Shown here in pieces: positions 9,361 to 19,611 of a stretch of DNA of 64,000 nucleotides. The notes below the pieces were generated by a model. The model was given only the letters and a program-made list of their open reading frames with translations. It did not search any database and was not told the DNA's origin. Position numbers and translations under genes: made by a program. The stretch spans positions 573,710 through 637,709 of the forward strand of contig OZ246418.1 in assembly GCA_965231155.1 (NCBI GenBank). Reading direction: 5' to 3'. Origin of the DNA: an uncultured Candidatus Saccharibacteria bacterium. Lineage in GTDB: Bacteria; Patescibacteriota; Minisyncoccia; UBA6257; 2-01-FULL-56-20. How positions within the stretch are numbered: position 1 is the stretch's first letter; every line of letters begins with the position of its first letter.

Positions 9361-9399
9361 AAAAAAAGAAGCGTCACCGTAGATGACGCTTCTTTTTTT
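9361..9399 (+). terminator. Intrinsic terminator after pilin
   Basis: AAGAAGCGTCA-loop-TGACGCTTCTT followed by T-run. Confidence 0.85.
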
Positions 9400-9507
9400 A
9401 TTTAAAAATTCACCTGATTTGTTTTGGGTGTGATATAATAAACTGACAGGCGATTATTTTTTTCGTTCGGTTTTTAAAAACACTGCGTTCATACTTTTTC
9501 ATACGTT

Positions 9508-11223
9508 ATGGCTTTTTTTCTTCCTGCCCAGTTACAGCAATTTAAAGACAAGTTGGTGAGCGAAGGGGTAATTAGCGAGGAGATGCTCGTTAACCTTGAG
9601 GCTGAAGCCGAACGGAAGAGTGCGGATCTTTTGGATGTCTTAGTGGCTGAGAACGTAGTGACCAAGGATTATGTCAATGATTTCATTAGCACGATTCTTG
9701 GTGTGGCTCGTGCCGAGTTAAATCCTTCAAAGATTGACGAGGCGGTGGTGCATCTCCTCCCTGAAACGGTGGCTCGAGAGCGTCAGGTGGTGGCTTTTCA
9801 CAAAGAAGACAACGGCACTATTGATGTGGCGATGTTGAATCCTAGCGATTTAGAGTCGATTAATTTCTTAAGTCAAAACTTGGGCGCACCAATTAAAGCT
9901 TTCTTGGCCTCACCAACTGACCTGAATCTTGGATTTTCTACCTATGGTCGCCGATTTACTGAGGATTTCAAAAAAATTATTGATGAAAAAATCGAAGCTT
10001 CTTTGAGGAGTCGCAGTTTGTCCGTTGAAGATGCGGCCGCGCAGTTGCCGATTGTTGAAGTGGTAGACAATATTCTTTCGTATGCGCTTACCTTGCGAAC
10101 TTCGGATATTCATATGGAAATTATGGAGGATGCGACGTTTATCCGTTATCGCATTGATGGCATTTTGAATGAGATTATGTCTCTAAACAAAGCAGTGCAT
10201 CCTGCCTTGGTGGCTCGTCTCAAGCTTCTTTCAGGACTGAAGATTGATGAGCATAGTAAGCCTCAGGATGGTCGTTTCAGATATACACTCGGTAATCATC
10301 TTGTCGATGTTCGTGTTTCCATTATCCCAACGTATTACGGTGAAAAGGTAGAGATGCGCTTACTTGAGGGTGCGGAAAAGCCTCTTTCTTTGGAGGAGCT
10401 CGGTTTTTCTGAGGAGGCTCGTCGCATCGCGGTGGAGAACCTTTCAAAAGCCTACGGTATGGTTTTGATTACTGGGCCGACTGGTGCGGGAAAAACGACG
10501 ACCTTGTATTCTTTTTTGAATCTTTTGAATAAGCCAGAGGTGAATGTGACATCTGTCGAAGATCCGATCGAATACAACATTCCTCGAGTAAACCAGATAC
10601 AGATTAATCCCCAGGCAGGCATTACGTTTGCCAGTGGTTTGCGCGCCATTCTTCGTCAGGATCCGAATATTGTAATGGTTGGAGAGATTCGTGATGCCGA
10701 GACTGCCAGTATTGCGGTTCAGGCGGCGCTGACCGGTCATTTAATTATTTCTTCTTTGCATACTAATGATGCTCCGACAGCGATTCCTCGCTTGGTTGAT
10801 CTCAAGGCGCCACCTTTCTTGGTAGCTTCTGTCTTGAACTTGATTATTGCCCAGCGTTTGGTTCGTCGTATCTGTCCTATTTGCGTCTATTCAGAACCAA
10901 TTCCTGATGAAGTGAAGAAGGTAATTGCCGATCAACTGGAGGGGAATGATGTGAATGATCGAAGGATTCCTCGGGTGCTTTATCGAGGGAAGGGATGCGA
11001 TTCTTGCGGAAAGAGTGGCTATAAGGGTCGTCTTGGTATCTATGAAGTCTTGGAAATTAAAGGAAAGGTGAAGGAGGAGATTTCTAGTCCCACATTTAAC
11101 CTCGATAAACTTCGTACCCTGGCCCGCGAACAGGGGATGAAGACTATGTTTGAGGATGGTTTGGAAAAGGTCCAGCTGGCAGTTACCACTATTGAGGAGG
11201 TTCTGCGAGTTGTACGAGATTAA
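9508..11223 (+). CDS. pilB: Type IV pilus assembly ATPase PilB/GspE
   Basis: GPTGAGKTTT, EDPIEY, LRQDPNIVMVGEIRD, CxxC...CxxC, GYKGRLGIYE. Confidence 0.95.
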   Translation: MAFFLPAQLQQFKDKLVSEGVISEEMLVNLEAEAERKSADLLDVLVAENVVTKDYVNDFISTILGVARAELNPSKIDEAVVHLLPETVARERQVVAFHKEDNGTIDVAMLNPSDLESINFLSQNLGAPIKAFLASPTDLNLGFSTYGRRFTEDFKKIIDEKIEASLRSRSLSVEDAAAQLPIVEVVDNILSYALTLRTSDIHMEIMEDATFIRYRIDGILNEIMSLNKAVHPALVARLKLLSGLKIDEHSKPQDGRFRYTLGNHLVDVRVSIIPTYYGEKVEMRLLEGAEKPLSLEELGFSEEARRIAVENLSKAYGMVLITGPTGAGKTTTLYSFLNLLNKPEVNVTSVEDPIEYNIPRVNQIQINPQAGITFASGLRAILRQDPNIVMVGEIRDAETASIAVQAALTGHLIISSLHTNDAPTAIPRLVDLKAPPFLVASVLNLIIAQRLVRRICPICVYSEPIPDEVKKVIADQLEGNDVNDRRIPRVLYRGKGCDSCGKSGYKGRLGIYEVLEIKGKVKEEISSPTFNLDKLRTLAREQGMKTMFEDGLEKVQLAVTTIEEVLRVVRD

Positions 11224-11231
11224 TTTTTTTT

Positions 11232-12443
11232 ATGCTTTATCACTATCTCGCAGTTGACGAAAAAGAAAAGGTGATCGAGGGAGAAGTGGACGCTGAGCGT
11301 TTAGAGGGCCTTTTGCAACATCTTGCCGGTCAGAAATTACGCCCACTATCAGTGAAGGCAATTGGTGATGACGGTGCGGCGATTCGCCGTTTGTTCGGAG
11401 GCATCACTTTGAATGACAAGATCTTTTTGACCAAATATCTGGCGTTGATGCTGCGAGTCGGTACAGATCTTCTTTCGGCAATCAATATTTTGATTACCGA
11501 CTTTGATAAGCCGGCGATGAGAAACTTCCTTCTTGAGGTAAGAGATAACTTGATGAAGGGTCGTCCGTTTTATGAAGTATTTGCTCGCCATCCCAAGATT
11601 TTTTCTTCGGTGATGGTGAATCTTATTAAGGCCGCTGAGTCGGCTGGTAATCTTCAGCAGACCTTTGAGAACCTCACGGTTTCACTGGCAGCCGAGGCGG
11701 ATATGAGAGGCAAGGTGCGGGCAGCACTTATTTATCCAGTGTTGCTACTTACTTTCTCTGTCGCAATCTTTCTAGGCGTTGTGGTATTCGCCCTACCTAA
11801 AATCTCTCAGGTTTTTGCTGATAGTGGAATCAAACCGCCATGGTTTTCTTCGTTGGTTTTTGGTTTTGGTGATTTCATAAATGCCAACCTAGTAACCCTC
11901 ACTAGTTTAATTACCTTACTCTTGGTTGGTAGTTTCTATTTCTTCACACGCAACGATTTTGGAAGAAAGTTGGGCGATCAGATGATTCGCCACGTACCAT
12001 TTATTAAGAAAGTTTATCAAGATTTGGCTGTCGAGCGATTTGCTTCTACGCTTTCTTCGCTCACTCGAGCCGGAGTGCCAATTATTGAAGCAATTCGGAT
12101 TACTGCAGATACTGTTGGTTCCGAAGAGCTACGAGAGAGCTTACTACGAGTTGCAGATGAAGGGCTTTCCAAAGGATTAACTATCGGTGAGTCGTTCAGG
12201 AAAGAGACTGTTTTGCCACGAGTGGTGACAAATTTAATTGCTATTTCAGATAAAGCAGGACATCTCGAGGAGATGTTAAACACGCTGGGTGAGTTTTATC
12301 GAGCAAATGCGGAAGCTTCTATCAAGGTTCTTGTCTCTATCATCGAGCCGGTCCTTCTGTTGTTCATGGGTTTTATAGTAGGCACCGTGGCACTCTCTAT
12401 TATCGTTCCCGTGTATCAGCTCTCAACTCAAGTCGGTGGATAA
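11232..12443 (+). CDS. pilC: Type IV pilus platform protein PilC/GspF
   Basis: Two T2SSF domains (AESAGNL, ALIYP, IEP); follows pilB. Confidence 0.93.
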   Translation: MLYHYLAVDEKEKVIEGEVDAERLEGLLQHLAGQKLRPLSVKAIGDDGAAIRRLFGGITLNDKIFLTKYLALMLRVGTDLLSAINILITDFDKPAMRNFLLEVRDNLMKGRPFYEVFARHPKIFSSVMVNLIKAAESAGNLQQTFENLTVSLAAEADMRGKVRAALIYPVLLLTFSVAIFLGVVVFALPKISQVFADSGIKPPWFSSLVFGFGDFINANLVTLTSLITLLLVGSFYFFTRNDFGRKLGDQMIRHVPFIKKVYQDLAVERFASTLSSLTRAGVPIIEAIRITADTVGSEELRESLLRVADEGLSKGLTIGESFRKETVLPRVVTNLIAISDKAGHLEEMLNTLGEFYRANAEASIKVLVSIIEPVLLLFMGFIVGTVALSIIVPVYQLSTQVGG

Positions 12444-12444
12444 T

Positions 12445-12918
12445 ATGAAAAACTACCAACGCTCAGGCTTTACGTTCTTGGAAGTGATTATGGTGGTGGC
12501 GCTCACTGCTGGGATTGGATTGTGGTCGTATGTGAACTACTCCCAACAACGTCCAGTGAGAGATTTAGATAGCGCCAGACTAGAGATTGGAAGTCTTCTG
12601 AGAGATGCTTCCTCGCGTTCGGCTAGTCAGTCTCAGGGAGCGGCTTGGGGAGTACGCTTGGAAGCGACTTCTCCCACCAGCTCTTTCTTTACGCTCTTTT
12701 ATGGTAGTTATTCGCCAGCCACACGATCTCAGGTGGCTCCTTTGCCTTTTACTTTGCGATTTGATACTTCAACTTTTACGGGAAGTAGCAAGGAGATTAT
12801 TTTTGAGCAGAGAACTGGTCGAGCGAATGCTTCGACGTCTATTCGTATTTATGTTGCGGGTCGATCATCCCAGTCATCGACGATTAACATTGCTTCGAGT
12901 GGTCTTATTGTGTTTTAG
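12445..12918 (+). CDS. Minor pilin (FimT/GspH-like)
   Basis: SG|FTFLEVIMVV N-terminus; IIFEQRTG motif. Confidence 0.85.
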   Translation: MKNYQRSGFTFLEVIMVVALTAGIGLWSYVNYSQQRPVRDLDSARLEIGSLLRDASSRSASQSQGAAWGVRLEATSPTSSFFTLFYGSYSPATRSQVAPLPFTLRFDTSTFTGSSKEIIFEQRTGRANASTSIRIYVAGRSSQSSTINIASSGLIVF

Positions 12919-12955
12919 CGATTCCCTTTAGGATGGTATACTACGAAGACAACTT

Positions 12956-13588
12956 ATGAAGAATTATTTAGAGAATAGATGGGGGCAATCATTAGCTGAG
13001 GTTTTAATTGCAACCAGCGTAACTGCCATACTTATTGTGGCGGCGATCTCTCTTATCTCACCAGTTTTGCGAAATGGCCGACGTGTGAATGTGCTTCGGG
13101 TGAACAGTGCCTTAAATCGTGAACTTTTGGACAAGACAAAAAGCTTGGCAGAAGGGGATTGGCATACTATTTCTAATCTCAGTACTAGCTCAGCCAGTCG
13201 TTATCATCTGAGCACAACCACTTCTCCTTTTTCTATTTTGCCGGGTACAGAGTTGATTTCTGTTGGGAGCACGACCTACACGCGCTATTTTTATGTTGAT
13301 GAAGTTTGGAGAGATCCAACTACGGGGCTCATTACTACTTCAACTGGCAACCCTGTTGTGGATCCTTCGACACTTCGTGTCACAGTAGTCATCTCGCCTG
13401 GGCAGGGGCCATCAAGCAGTATTTCTCAAATTGTTACTCGTTCTCAAAACACGGTTTCTTCTCAGAGTGATTGGTCTGGTGGGGCGGGATTTTCTGGACC
13501 GACTTCCGGTACGGTTAATCAGTTTTCCGCGGGTTCCAATATTAATACCACTACTACCCCTGGCTCAATTATCCTTAATAATTTATAG
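12956..13588 (+). CDS. Minor pilin (PilV-like) with G|Q site
   Basis: WG|QSLAEVLIA with E5 conserved; YTRYF...DP.T..VTV. Confidence 0.75.
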   Translation: MKNYLENRWGQSLAEVLIATSVTAILIVAAISLISPVLRNGRRVNVLRVNSALNRELLDKTKSLAEGDWHTISNLSTSSASRYHLSTTTSPFSILPGTELISVGSTTYTRYFYVDEVWRDPTTGLITTSTGNPVVDPSTLRVTVVISPGQGPSSSISQIVTRSQNTVSSQSDWSGGAGFSGPTSGTVNQFSAGSNINTTTTPGSIILNNL

Positions 13589-13602
13589 TTATTGTATACA
13601 TC

Positions 13603-14514
13603 GTGGCACAGCTTTTTTCTAAAAAATATTTTGTTCAAGTTATTGCAATTGCAGCACTCGTTGTAGTGGTGGCGCTTTTCTTTATTCTTGGTGGAAAGTG
13701 GGGGAGGACTATCCAGGGTGTTGGCACGAACATTGATTCCGGAGCGACAAATCATTGGGCTTGGAACGATACTATTGGGTGGATTGATTTATATACTCCA
13801 GCGACGGTAGTCGTCAGTAATAGCGGTGTTTCTGGATACGCCAGCTCTTCGATTGGTGCCATATCTTTTGATTGCGCGACTACTCCGAATGGCAATGTAT
13901 GTGGTTCGAGTAACTACTCAGTTGCCAATGATGGCACTGGAAGGTTGTCGGGATATGCCTGGAATGACGTCATCGGTTGGATAAGTTTTTGCAATAACCA
14001 GGTGGGGCAGGCCGCTTGTTCTGGTGGTGGACAAAGTTACCAAGTGGTCATCAATGGCTCGACTGGTGCCTGGAGTGGCTATGCCTGGAATGACCTTGTC
14101 GGTTGGATTAGTTTCAATTGTATTAACACTGCCACCTGTGGAACCGTTGACTATAAAGTTCTTACAACCTGGACCTCAACGTCTAGCGTCGGTTGGTTGG
14201 AATCGGCGACTTATGATACAGGCGTAGCTCAGGGAGCTCAGATCAATTCTATCTTGTGGCATGGGAGTCAGCCGGTTGGTACGGCGGTCAAATTTCAGAT
14301 GGCCTTTAGTAGTAGTTCTCTCGGTCCATGGAACTTTAGTTGGGACAGTCTTTCCTCAACATCTCCGTCGGTCGCCCCGAATACTTCGTTGCCTATAGAC
14401 TATACTCTTGGCGAGAATCAGAGATACTTCCGATATAAGGTTTTCCTCTACTCTGACCCAGCGCATACTACCAGTTCTCGTATCGACGATGTGCTCATCA
14501 ACTGGAGTCGCTAG
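13603..14514 (+). CDS. Pilus-associated putative adhesin with GYAWNDxIGWISF repeats
   Basis: N-terminal TM; 3-4 repeats of (G/W)xAW-N-D-x-(I/V)GWI-x-F with paired Cys; C-terminal RYFRYKV beta domain. Confidence 0.7.
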   Translation: MAQLFSKKYFVQVIAIAALVVVVALFFILGGKWGRTIQGVGTNIDSGATNHWAWNDTIGWIDLYTPATVVVSNSGVSGYASSSIGAISFDCATTPNGNVCGSSNYSVANDGTGRLSGYAWNDVIGWISFCNNQVGQAACSGGGQSYQVVINGSTGAWSGYAWNDLVGWISFNCINTATCGTVDYKVLTTWTSTSSVGWLESATYDTGVAQGAQINSILWHGSQPVGTAVKFQMAFSSSSLGPWNFSWDSLSSTSPSVAPNTSLPIDYTLGENQRYFRYKVFLYSDPAHTTSSRIDDVLINWSR

Positions 14515-14587
14515 TTTTTCTGAGTAGTAGCTGTGAGTATCGCGTAACGGTGCGCGAAAAATGAATAGGAGATATAATAAGGAAGCA

Positions 14588-15007
14588 ATGTATAGGGTTT
14601 TTCATCGCTCTTTTTTTTATCGTAGAGGACAAGTCGCTCTGACTACAGTTTTTTTAATAGGCAGTTTTATTATTATTATTGCGTTAACCTTGGCCTTCCT
14701 ATCAATCAGTGCTATCTCGTCAAATTATGCGGTACGCTCAGCCGATCGTGCTTTTTCGGTAGCGTCTGCAGGCATACAAGACGCAACTCTGAAACTTATC
14801 CGTAATAATGACTATAATGAAAGCTACGTCTTGGATTTAGGTGGAGATTTAGTGAATGTGCAAGTGACCAATACACGGAATATAGATAATCAGGCCGTAG
14901 TTACTGCAAGCTCAACTGTTGGAAGTGGACGGAGAGCTATTCAGGCCGTTCTTTCTATAGTTTCTTCAACTGGACAGGTTAATGTAATCTCTTGGCGTCA
15001 GATATAA
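14588..15007 (+). CDS. PilX-like minor pilin
   Basis: RRG|QVAL plus hydrophobic helix, AFSVASAGIQDA, C-terminal SWRQI. Confidence 0.7.
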   Translation: MYRVFHRSFFYRRGQVALTTVFLIGSFIIIIALTLAFLSISAISSNYAVRSADRAFSVASAGIQDATLKLIRNNDYNESYVLDLGGDLVNVQVTNTRNIDNQAVVTASSTVGSGRRAIQAVLSIVSSTGQVNVISWRQI

Positions 15008-16525
15008 ATGACTAACTTTATTTCTCAGCTGGCTCTCAAATTGCTTGAAAAAATACGGGTAAGAACACCAGTAGGAGGATTAGAAATCTCTGATTCAGCA
15101 CTGCGTTTCTCCTTACCAGGGATTCGTGGTTGGGATGTCTACAATCAGCGTTTGCCTTTGGGAGTTATTGAGGACGGCATTATTAAAGATCAGGCAAAAT
15201 TCCAAGAAGCAGTCCTTGCGTTAAAGCAATCTCTTGCCAGTCGATATGGTCAAAGAAAAATTCCAGTAGTGGTGAGTCTCGCTTCAAGTCAGATATACAC
15301 CCAAGCATTCCTTTTGCCACTAGTTCGTGAGGGGGAAGTAGAGAAAGCGATTGATTTGAACTTAAAGATGATCTCCCCGATTAATTTTAGTGAGGTGTAT
15401 TCTGGGTGGCAGTATCTCAAGAAAGATGATGTGGCTGGACGATCAGAGATTCTTGGAGCCTTTTTACGTCAGTCTATCGTCCAGGATATCGATAAGGCTC
15501 TTGAAATGGCTAACTTTCGTCCATTAGCGCTGGAGTCGCGAGCTCTTTCTTTAGCACGCCTTGTTCGTACTACTCAGACTAAACTGAATGCCGATAGGCC
15601 AGTTGTTGTACTTTCGGTTGACGATGAAGGTATTCATTTACTTGTCATCAAGAAGGGTAATCTTTATTTCGAGTACACGGAGTTATGGAAAAATCTCTAT
15701 GAGCCAGGGAAGTCGATCACGATGGAGGAGTTTCGAAGTGCAATTAAGAGAAGTGTTCAACAGCTTGTTAATTTTTATGGCCAACGCTGGCCGGAACCAC
15801 TTGGTGAATTTTTGATTATTGCACCGAGTTTGGTGTCGGAAGTTATCCGCCTTCTCAAAGAAGATTTTTCTTTTGAGGCAACTGAACTTTCTTTTTCGGA
15901 TTCACAGGGAGTTAAGGGGGAGTGGTTCGCGTCTATTGGTGCCGCAGAGAGAGGTTCCTCAATTGGCGCATACGATCAGGAACTGAGTTTACTTGGTCGT
16001 ACTGCACAGCAGAAATTTGGAAGAGAGCGTTTCGTTGATTTTCTTTCTTTTTGGAGCGTCATTGTCCCGGTTGCCTTGGTATTCATTCTATTTTTCGCAT
16101 TTTCTGCAGATTTCTTTATTATTCGTGAAACACGTCGCCTAGAAGAAACAGTTGCGCGTCGACTTTCTCCTTCAGATCGTGCTCGTATCGCCGAACTAGA
16201 AGATCAGGCTACTCGGTTCAATAATCAGGTGGCGTTAGTACAGTCTATTCGTTCTGTAGAGCAGTTTAAATCTTCTCTCATTACTGACATCCTGAACCGA
16301 GCCAGCTCTAGTCAGATTTCAGTTTCGAACCTTCGTCTCGAAGGGAGTGGTTCGCTGAGTCTCGCGGGGGCAGCTGCTTCTGAGGATAGAATTATTGCGT
16401 TCAAGAATAACTTAAAAGAAGGTAATTTCCAGAATATCAATTTGCCACTAGCGGGGATCAGAAAAGATGGCCAGGGTTATGTTTTTTCGATCAGTTTTTC
16501 CTGGACGCCTTCGAAGACACCATAA
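15008..16525 (+). CDS. pilM: PilM-PilN fusion (actin-like ATPase domain, TM, PilN domain)
   Basis: GGLEISDSALR, GVIEDGII, ALESRALSLAR, ASIGAAERG, then TM and a C-terminal LSLAG...FSISF domain. Confidence 0.75.
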   Translation: MTNFISQLALKLLEKIRVRTPVGGLEISDSALRFSLPGIRGWDVYNQRLPLGVIEDGIIKDQAKFQEAVLALKQSLASRYGQRKIPVVVSLASSQIYTQAFLLPLVREGEVEKAIDLNLKMISPINFSEVYSGWQYLKKDDVAGRSEILGAFLRQSIVQDIDKALEMANFRPLALESRALSLARLVRTTQTKLNADRPVVVLSVDDEGIHLLVIKKGNLYFEYTELWKNLYEPGKSITMEEFRSAIKRSVQQLVNFYGQRWPEPLGEFLIIAPSLVSEVIRLLKEDFSFEATELSFSDSQGVKGEWFASIGAAERGSSIGAYDQELSLLGRTAQQKFGRERFVDFLSFWSVIVPVALVFILFFAFSADFFIIRETRRLEETVARRLSPSDRARIAELEDQATRFNNQVALVQSIRSVEQFKSSLITDILNRASSSQISVSNLRLEGSGSLSLAGAAASEDRIIAFKNNLKEGNFQNINLPLAGIRKDGQGYVFSISFSWTPSKTP

Positions 16526-17004
16526 AGAATTTTCTTATTTTGATTACTGAGCGGTCGGAGAACAATCTCCTCAGCTTTTTTGTTTGGAAGGCCGATGCCT
16601 AGTCGGATTCGACTAAAATCTTTCGTTTTAAGATGCTGGATAATGGAATCGATCCCATGGTGTCCAGCGCTACCTCGGTTAGTCGATATTTTGAATTCTC
16701 CCAGCGGGATATCCATCTCATCGTGAACAACAAGGAGGGATTCTGGGGTGGCATGAAAGTGCTTGAGTGCGGACAGAACAGCACGACCGGAATCATTCAT
16801 AAACGTTTTTGGTTGCACGAGCCATACTTTTTTATCTGTATCACCAAGAGTAACCTCTCGACCGGAGAAGAGAGGATGGATGGCACTGAAGCGGTGTGTT
16901 TTTGCGAGAAAGAAAAGGAATTGCTGGCCGACGTTATGATACGTTTCCGCATATTCTTTCCCGGGATTTCCTAAACCAATAATAATCTTTATCTTGTCAA
17001 TCAT
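16477..17004 (-). CDS. pth: Peptidyl-tRNA hydrolase
   Basis: IIGLGNPG, HNVG, PKTFMNDSG, VVHDEMD, GHHG, RIRLGIG. Confidence 0.96.
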   Translation of the reverse strand: MIDKIKIIIGLGNPGKEYAETYHNVGQQFLFFLAKTHRFSAIHPLFSGREVTLGDTDKKVWLVQPKTFMNDSGRAVLSALKHFHATPESLLVVHDEMDIPLGEFKISTNRGSAGHHGIDSIIQHLKTKDFSRIRLGIGLPNKKAEEIVLRPLSNQNKKILYGVFEGVQEKLIEKT

Positions 17005-17047
17005 TGCTCCTCATTATATAATAGATGAACCTTACTTGAAAAACTCT

Positions 17048-17602
17048 ATGATCCGTAAATTTCTTGTGTCTCTGTTGGAGATTGTTGAGGTGGCAGTTAT
17101 TGCCCTCGTGGCAGTGTTCCTTATACGAAGCTATTTGGTACAACCTTTCTTAGTAAGCGGGAATAGCATGGTGCCAACATTCATGAATGGCGACTACCTT
17201 TTGATCGATGAGCTTTCCTATGCCTTCCGTAATCCCTACCGAGGGGAAGTGGCAGTCTTCCGTTATCCTCAGAACGAAACAACCTTTTTTATTAAGAGGA
17301 TCATCGGTTTGCCAGGGGAACGAGTGAAAATTGAGAATAATACGATCACTGTCTATAATGCCGAGTATCCTAATGGCAAGCTTATCAACGAGCCATACCT
17401 ACCGAAAGATCTTATCACTTCTGGCACTATCGATACCCAACTAAAGAGTGATGAGTACTTTGTACTAGGAGACAATCGGCTTTTCAGTTATGATTCGCGA
17501 AGTTGGGGTGTACTGCCGAAGAAGGATATCGTGGGGCTGACTCGACTGAGGTTGTGGCCACCCCGATCCATCCAGGCTTTTTCTGCTCCGGCGTATCAAT
17601 AA
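17048..17602 (+). CDS. lepB: Signal peptidase I
   Basis: GNSMVPT, IKRIIGLPGE, GDNRxxSxDSR. Confidence 0.96.
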   Translation: MIRKFLVSLLEIVEVAVIALVAVFLIRSYLVQPFLVSGNSMVPTFMNGDYLLIDELSYAFRNPYRGEVAVFRYPQNETTFFIKRIIGLPGERVKIENNTITVYNAEYPNGKLINEPYLPKDLITSGTIDTQLKSDEYFVLGDNRLFSYDSRSWGVLPKKDIVGLTRLRLWPPRSIQAFSAPAYQ

Positions 17603-17615
17603 ATAAGATTTAATT

Positions 17616-18956
17616 ATGCCAAAAAAACAACAAAAGAAAGTGGAAGCGAAGAAGGCGCCCGCAAAGAAATCAGAAGTTCGCTTAATTCAAGCTGCTAAGG
17701 GTATGCACGATGTGCTTCCTGAGGAGCAGATTTGGCGCGACCGCATCCGACAGGTGGGTGCCGATCTTTCTTCGTTTTACGGTTTTGGACGATTAGAAAC
17801 ACCTGTACTTGAACAAGTTGATCTTTTTATTCGTGGGGTAGGCGAGGAGACTGATCTGGTGGGTAAGGAGATGTATACCCTGAAAACTAAGGGAGGGGAT
17901 ATGCTCGCCCTTCGTCCAGAAGGGACAGCACCTGCTATTCGGGCATATCTTGAACATGGACTGGGTAGTAAGGGACAACCCCAGAAGCTTTTTTACGAAG
18001 GTCCAATTTTTCGTCATGAAAATCCTCAGGCCGGTCGGTATCGACAACATACTCAGACTGGGTTTGAGATTTTAGGAGGATTGAGTGACCCGTTGTATGA
18101 CGGTGAAGTCATTGCTATCGCCAGCCATCTCATTTCTGATTTGAAAATCAAGGACTGGGTACTGAAGATAAATTCGATGGGCTGTCGGACGTGTCGTCCA
18201 TTGTATCGTGCGCAGCTTCAGGCGTATTACAAGAAGCACGAGAAGGATCTTTGTAAGGACTGTGAGCGCCGTTTGGGGACCAATCCGCTTCGTCTTCTTG
18301 ATTGTAAGAACGAGAAGTGCCAGCCATTAAAAGCCCAGGCGCCTAATATTCTCGATAAGCTTTGCGCACCATGTAGCCGTCATTTCCGTGGAGTCTTTGA
18401 GTATCTTGAAGAGCTTTCTATTCCTTATCTCCTCGATCACACTTTGGTTCGGGGAATGGACTATTATAACCGTACTGTTTTTGAATTTTTCGTTGAAGGC
18501 AGTGATGTAGGAGCGGTTTTGTCTGGCGGCCGATATGATTATCTGGCTGAAATGATTGGTGGAAGAGCCACTCCAGCAGTTGGTTTTGGTGCTGGTTGGG
18601 AGCGGTTAGTTCTGGCAATGAAAGCTCAGGAAGTGAAGGCAGCCGAACGACCATCGAAGAAGATATTTGTGGTACACGTTGGAGAGCTGGCAAAGAAGAA
18701 AGCATTTAAGTTGATTGATGGTCTTCGCAATACAAACCTCCAGATCGTTGAATCTCTTGGGAAGGAGTCTTTAAAGGCACAGCTAAAGAGTGCTGACCGA
18801 GAGAAGGCGGTATTCGCGCTCATTCTTGGACAGAAAGAGATTTATGAAGAGAGTGTTATTATTCGAGACTTACGGAGCGGATCTCAAGAGACTGTTCTTG
18901 TAGAGAAGATTGAAGAGGAGATTAAGCGTCGGTGGAAGATGTATACCACTGAGTAG
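17616..18956 (+). CDS. hisS: Histidyl-tRNA synthetase
   Basis: KEMY, LRPEGTA, FRHENPQAGRYRQ, LVRGMDYY, GGRYD. Confidence 0.97.
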   Translation: MPKKQQKKVEAKKAPAKKSEVRLIQAAKGMHDVLPEEQIWRDRIRQVGADLSSFYGFGRLETPVLEQVDLFIRGVGEETDLVGKEMYTLKTKGGDMLALRPEGTAPAIRAYLEHGLGSKGQPQKLFYEGPIFRHENPQAGRYRQHTQTGFEILGGLSDPLYDGEVIAIASHLISDLKIKDWVLKINSMGCRTCRPLYRAQLQAYYKKHEKDLCKDCERRLGTNPLRLLDCKNEKCQPLKAQAPNILDKLCAPCSRHFRGVFEYLEELSIPYLLDHTLVRGMDYYNRTVFEFFVEGSDVGAVLSGGRYDYLAEMIGGRATPAVGFGAGWERLVLAMKAQEVKAAERPSKKIFVVHVGELAKKKAFKLIDGLRNTNLQIVESLGKESLKAQLKSADREKAVFALILGQKEIYEESVIIRDLRSGSQETVLVEKIEEEIKRRWKMYTTE

Positions 18957-18957
18957 C

Positions 18958-19380
18958 ATGGTGGCCTGTCTTTTTTGTCGTATTGTAAGTGGTGAGATTC
19001 CTGCCGAACGGATTTATGAGGATGATCATGCGCTCGCTTTTCTAGATATCCACCCCCGAGCTCCTGGTCACACCATGGTTATTCCTAAGGTACATGCTCC
19101 GAATATTCTTGAGCTTCCACAAACGGAAGTTCCCGGACTTTTTCTGGCAGTGCAGAAGTTAGCAGGAGCTGTTCAGTCGGGGTTGGGTGCTCCTGGGTTG
19201 ACGATTGGCATAAATCAGGGTAGGGTAAGTGGCCAGGAAGTGGATCATTTGCACGTTCATCTTCTCCCTCGATTTGCGGATGATGGTGGCGGAGCAATCC
19301 AGTCGGTGGTGAATAATCCATCAGCAGAATCACTTCCAGAGATTAGTCAGAAGATTAAGAACCATATCAATCACTCATGA
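18958..19380 (+). CDS. HIT family hydrolase
   Basis: CLFC, GHTMVIPK, HLHVH triad. Confidence 0.95.
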   Translation: MVACLFCRIVSGEIPAERIYEDDHALAFLDIHPRAPGHTMVIPKVHAPNILELPQTEVPGLFLAVQKLAGAVQSGLGAPGLTIGINQGRVSGQEVDHLHVHLLPRFADDGGGAIQSVVNNPSAESLPEISQKIKNHINHS

Positions 19381-19589
19381 TTAAAGTTAATCGCAAAGAA
19401 GGAGAGACGGTGAATGCCCTCATCTTTCGTTTTAGCAAAAAAGTTCGTCGAAGCGGAATCTCTCAGGAGGTTCGTCGCCGACGTTTTCGTGGTCGTGTTC
19501 AGAATAAGTTGAAACAGCGCTTATCGGCTCTTTATCGTCTCGAGAAGTCCTCAGAGATGAAGTACGAGCACAAGGCTCCAGTTCGTTAA
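19377..19589 (+). CDS. rpsU: 30S ribosomal protein S21 (divergent)
   Basis: V.RKEGE....LIFRF.KKV..SG...E.R.RRF; upstream of yqeY as is typical. Confidence 0.8.
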   Translation: MIKVNRKEGETVNALIFRFSKKVRRSGISQEVRRRRFRGRVQNKLKQRLSALYRLEKSSEMKYEHKAPVR

Positions 19590-19611
19590 TTTATTTTTTT
19601 AAAAAACATTT

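Noticed and set aside
16477-16525. 49-nt convergent overlap of pilMN and pth
   Set aside because: Short 3' overlaps are common in compact genomes and both proteins appear complete.
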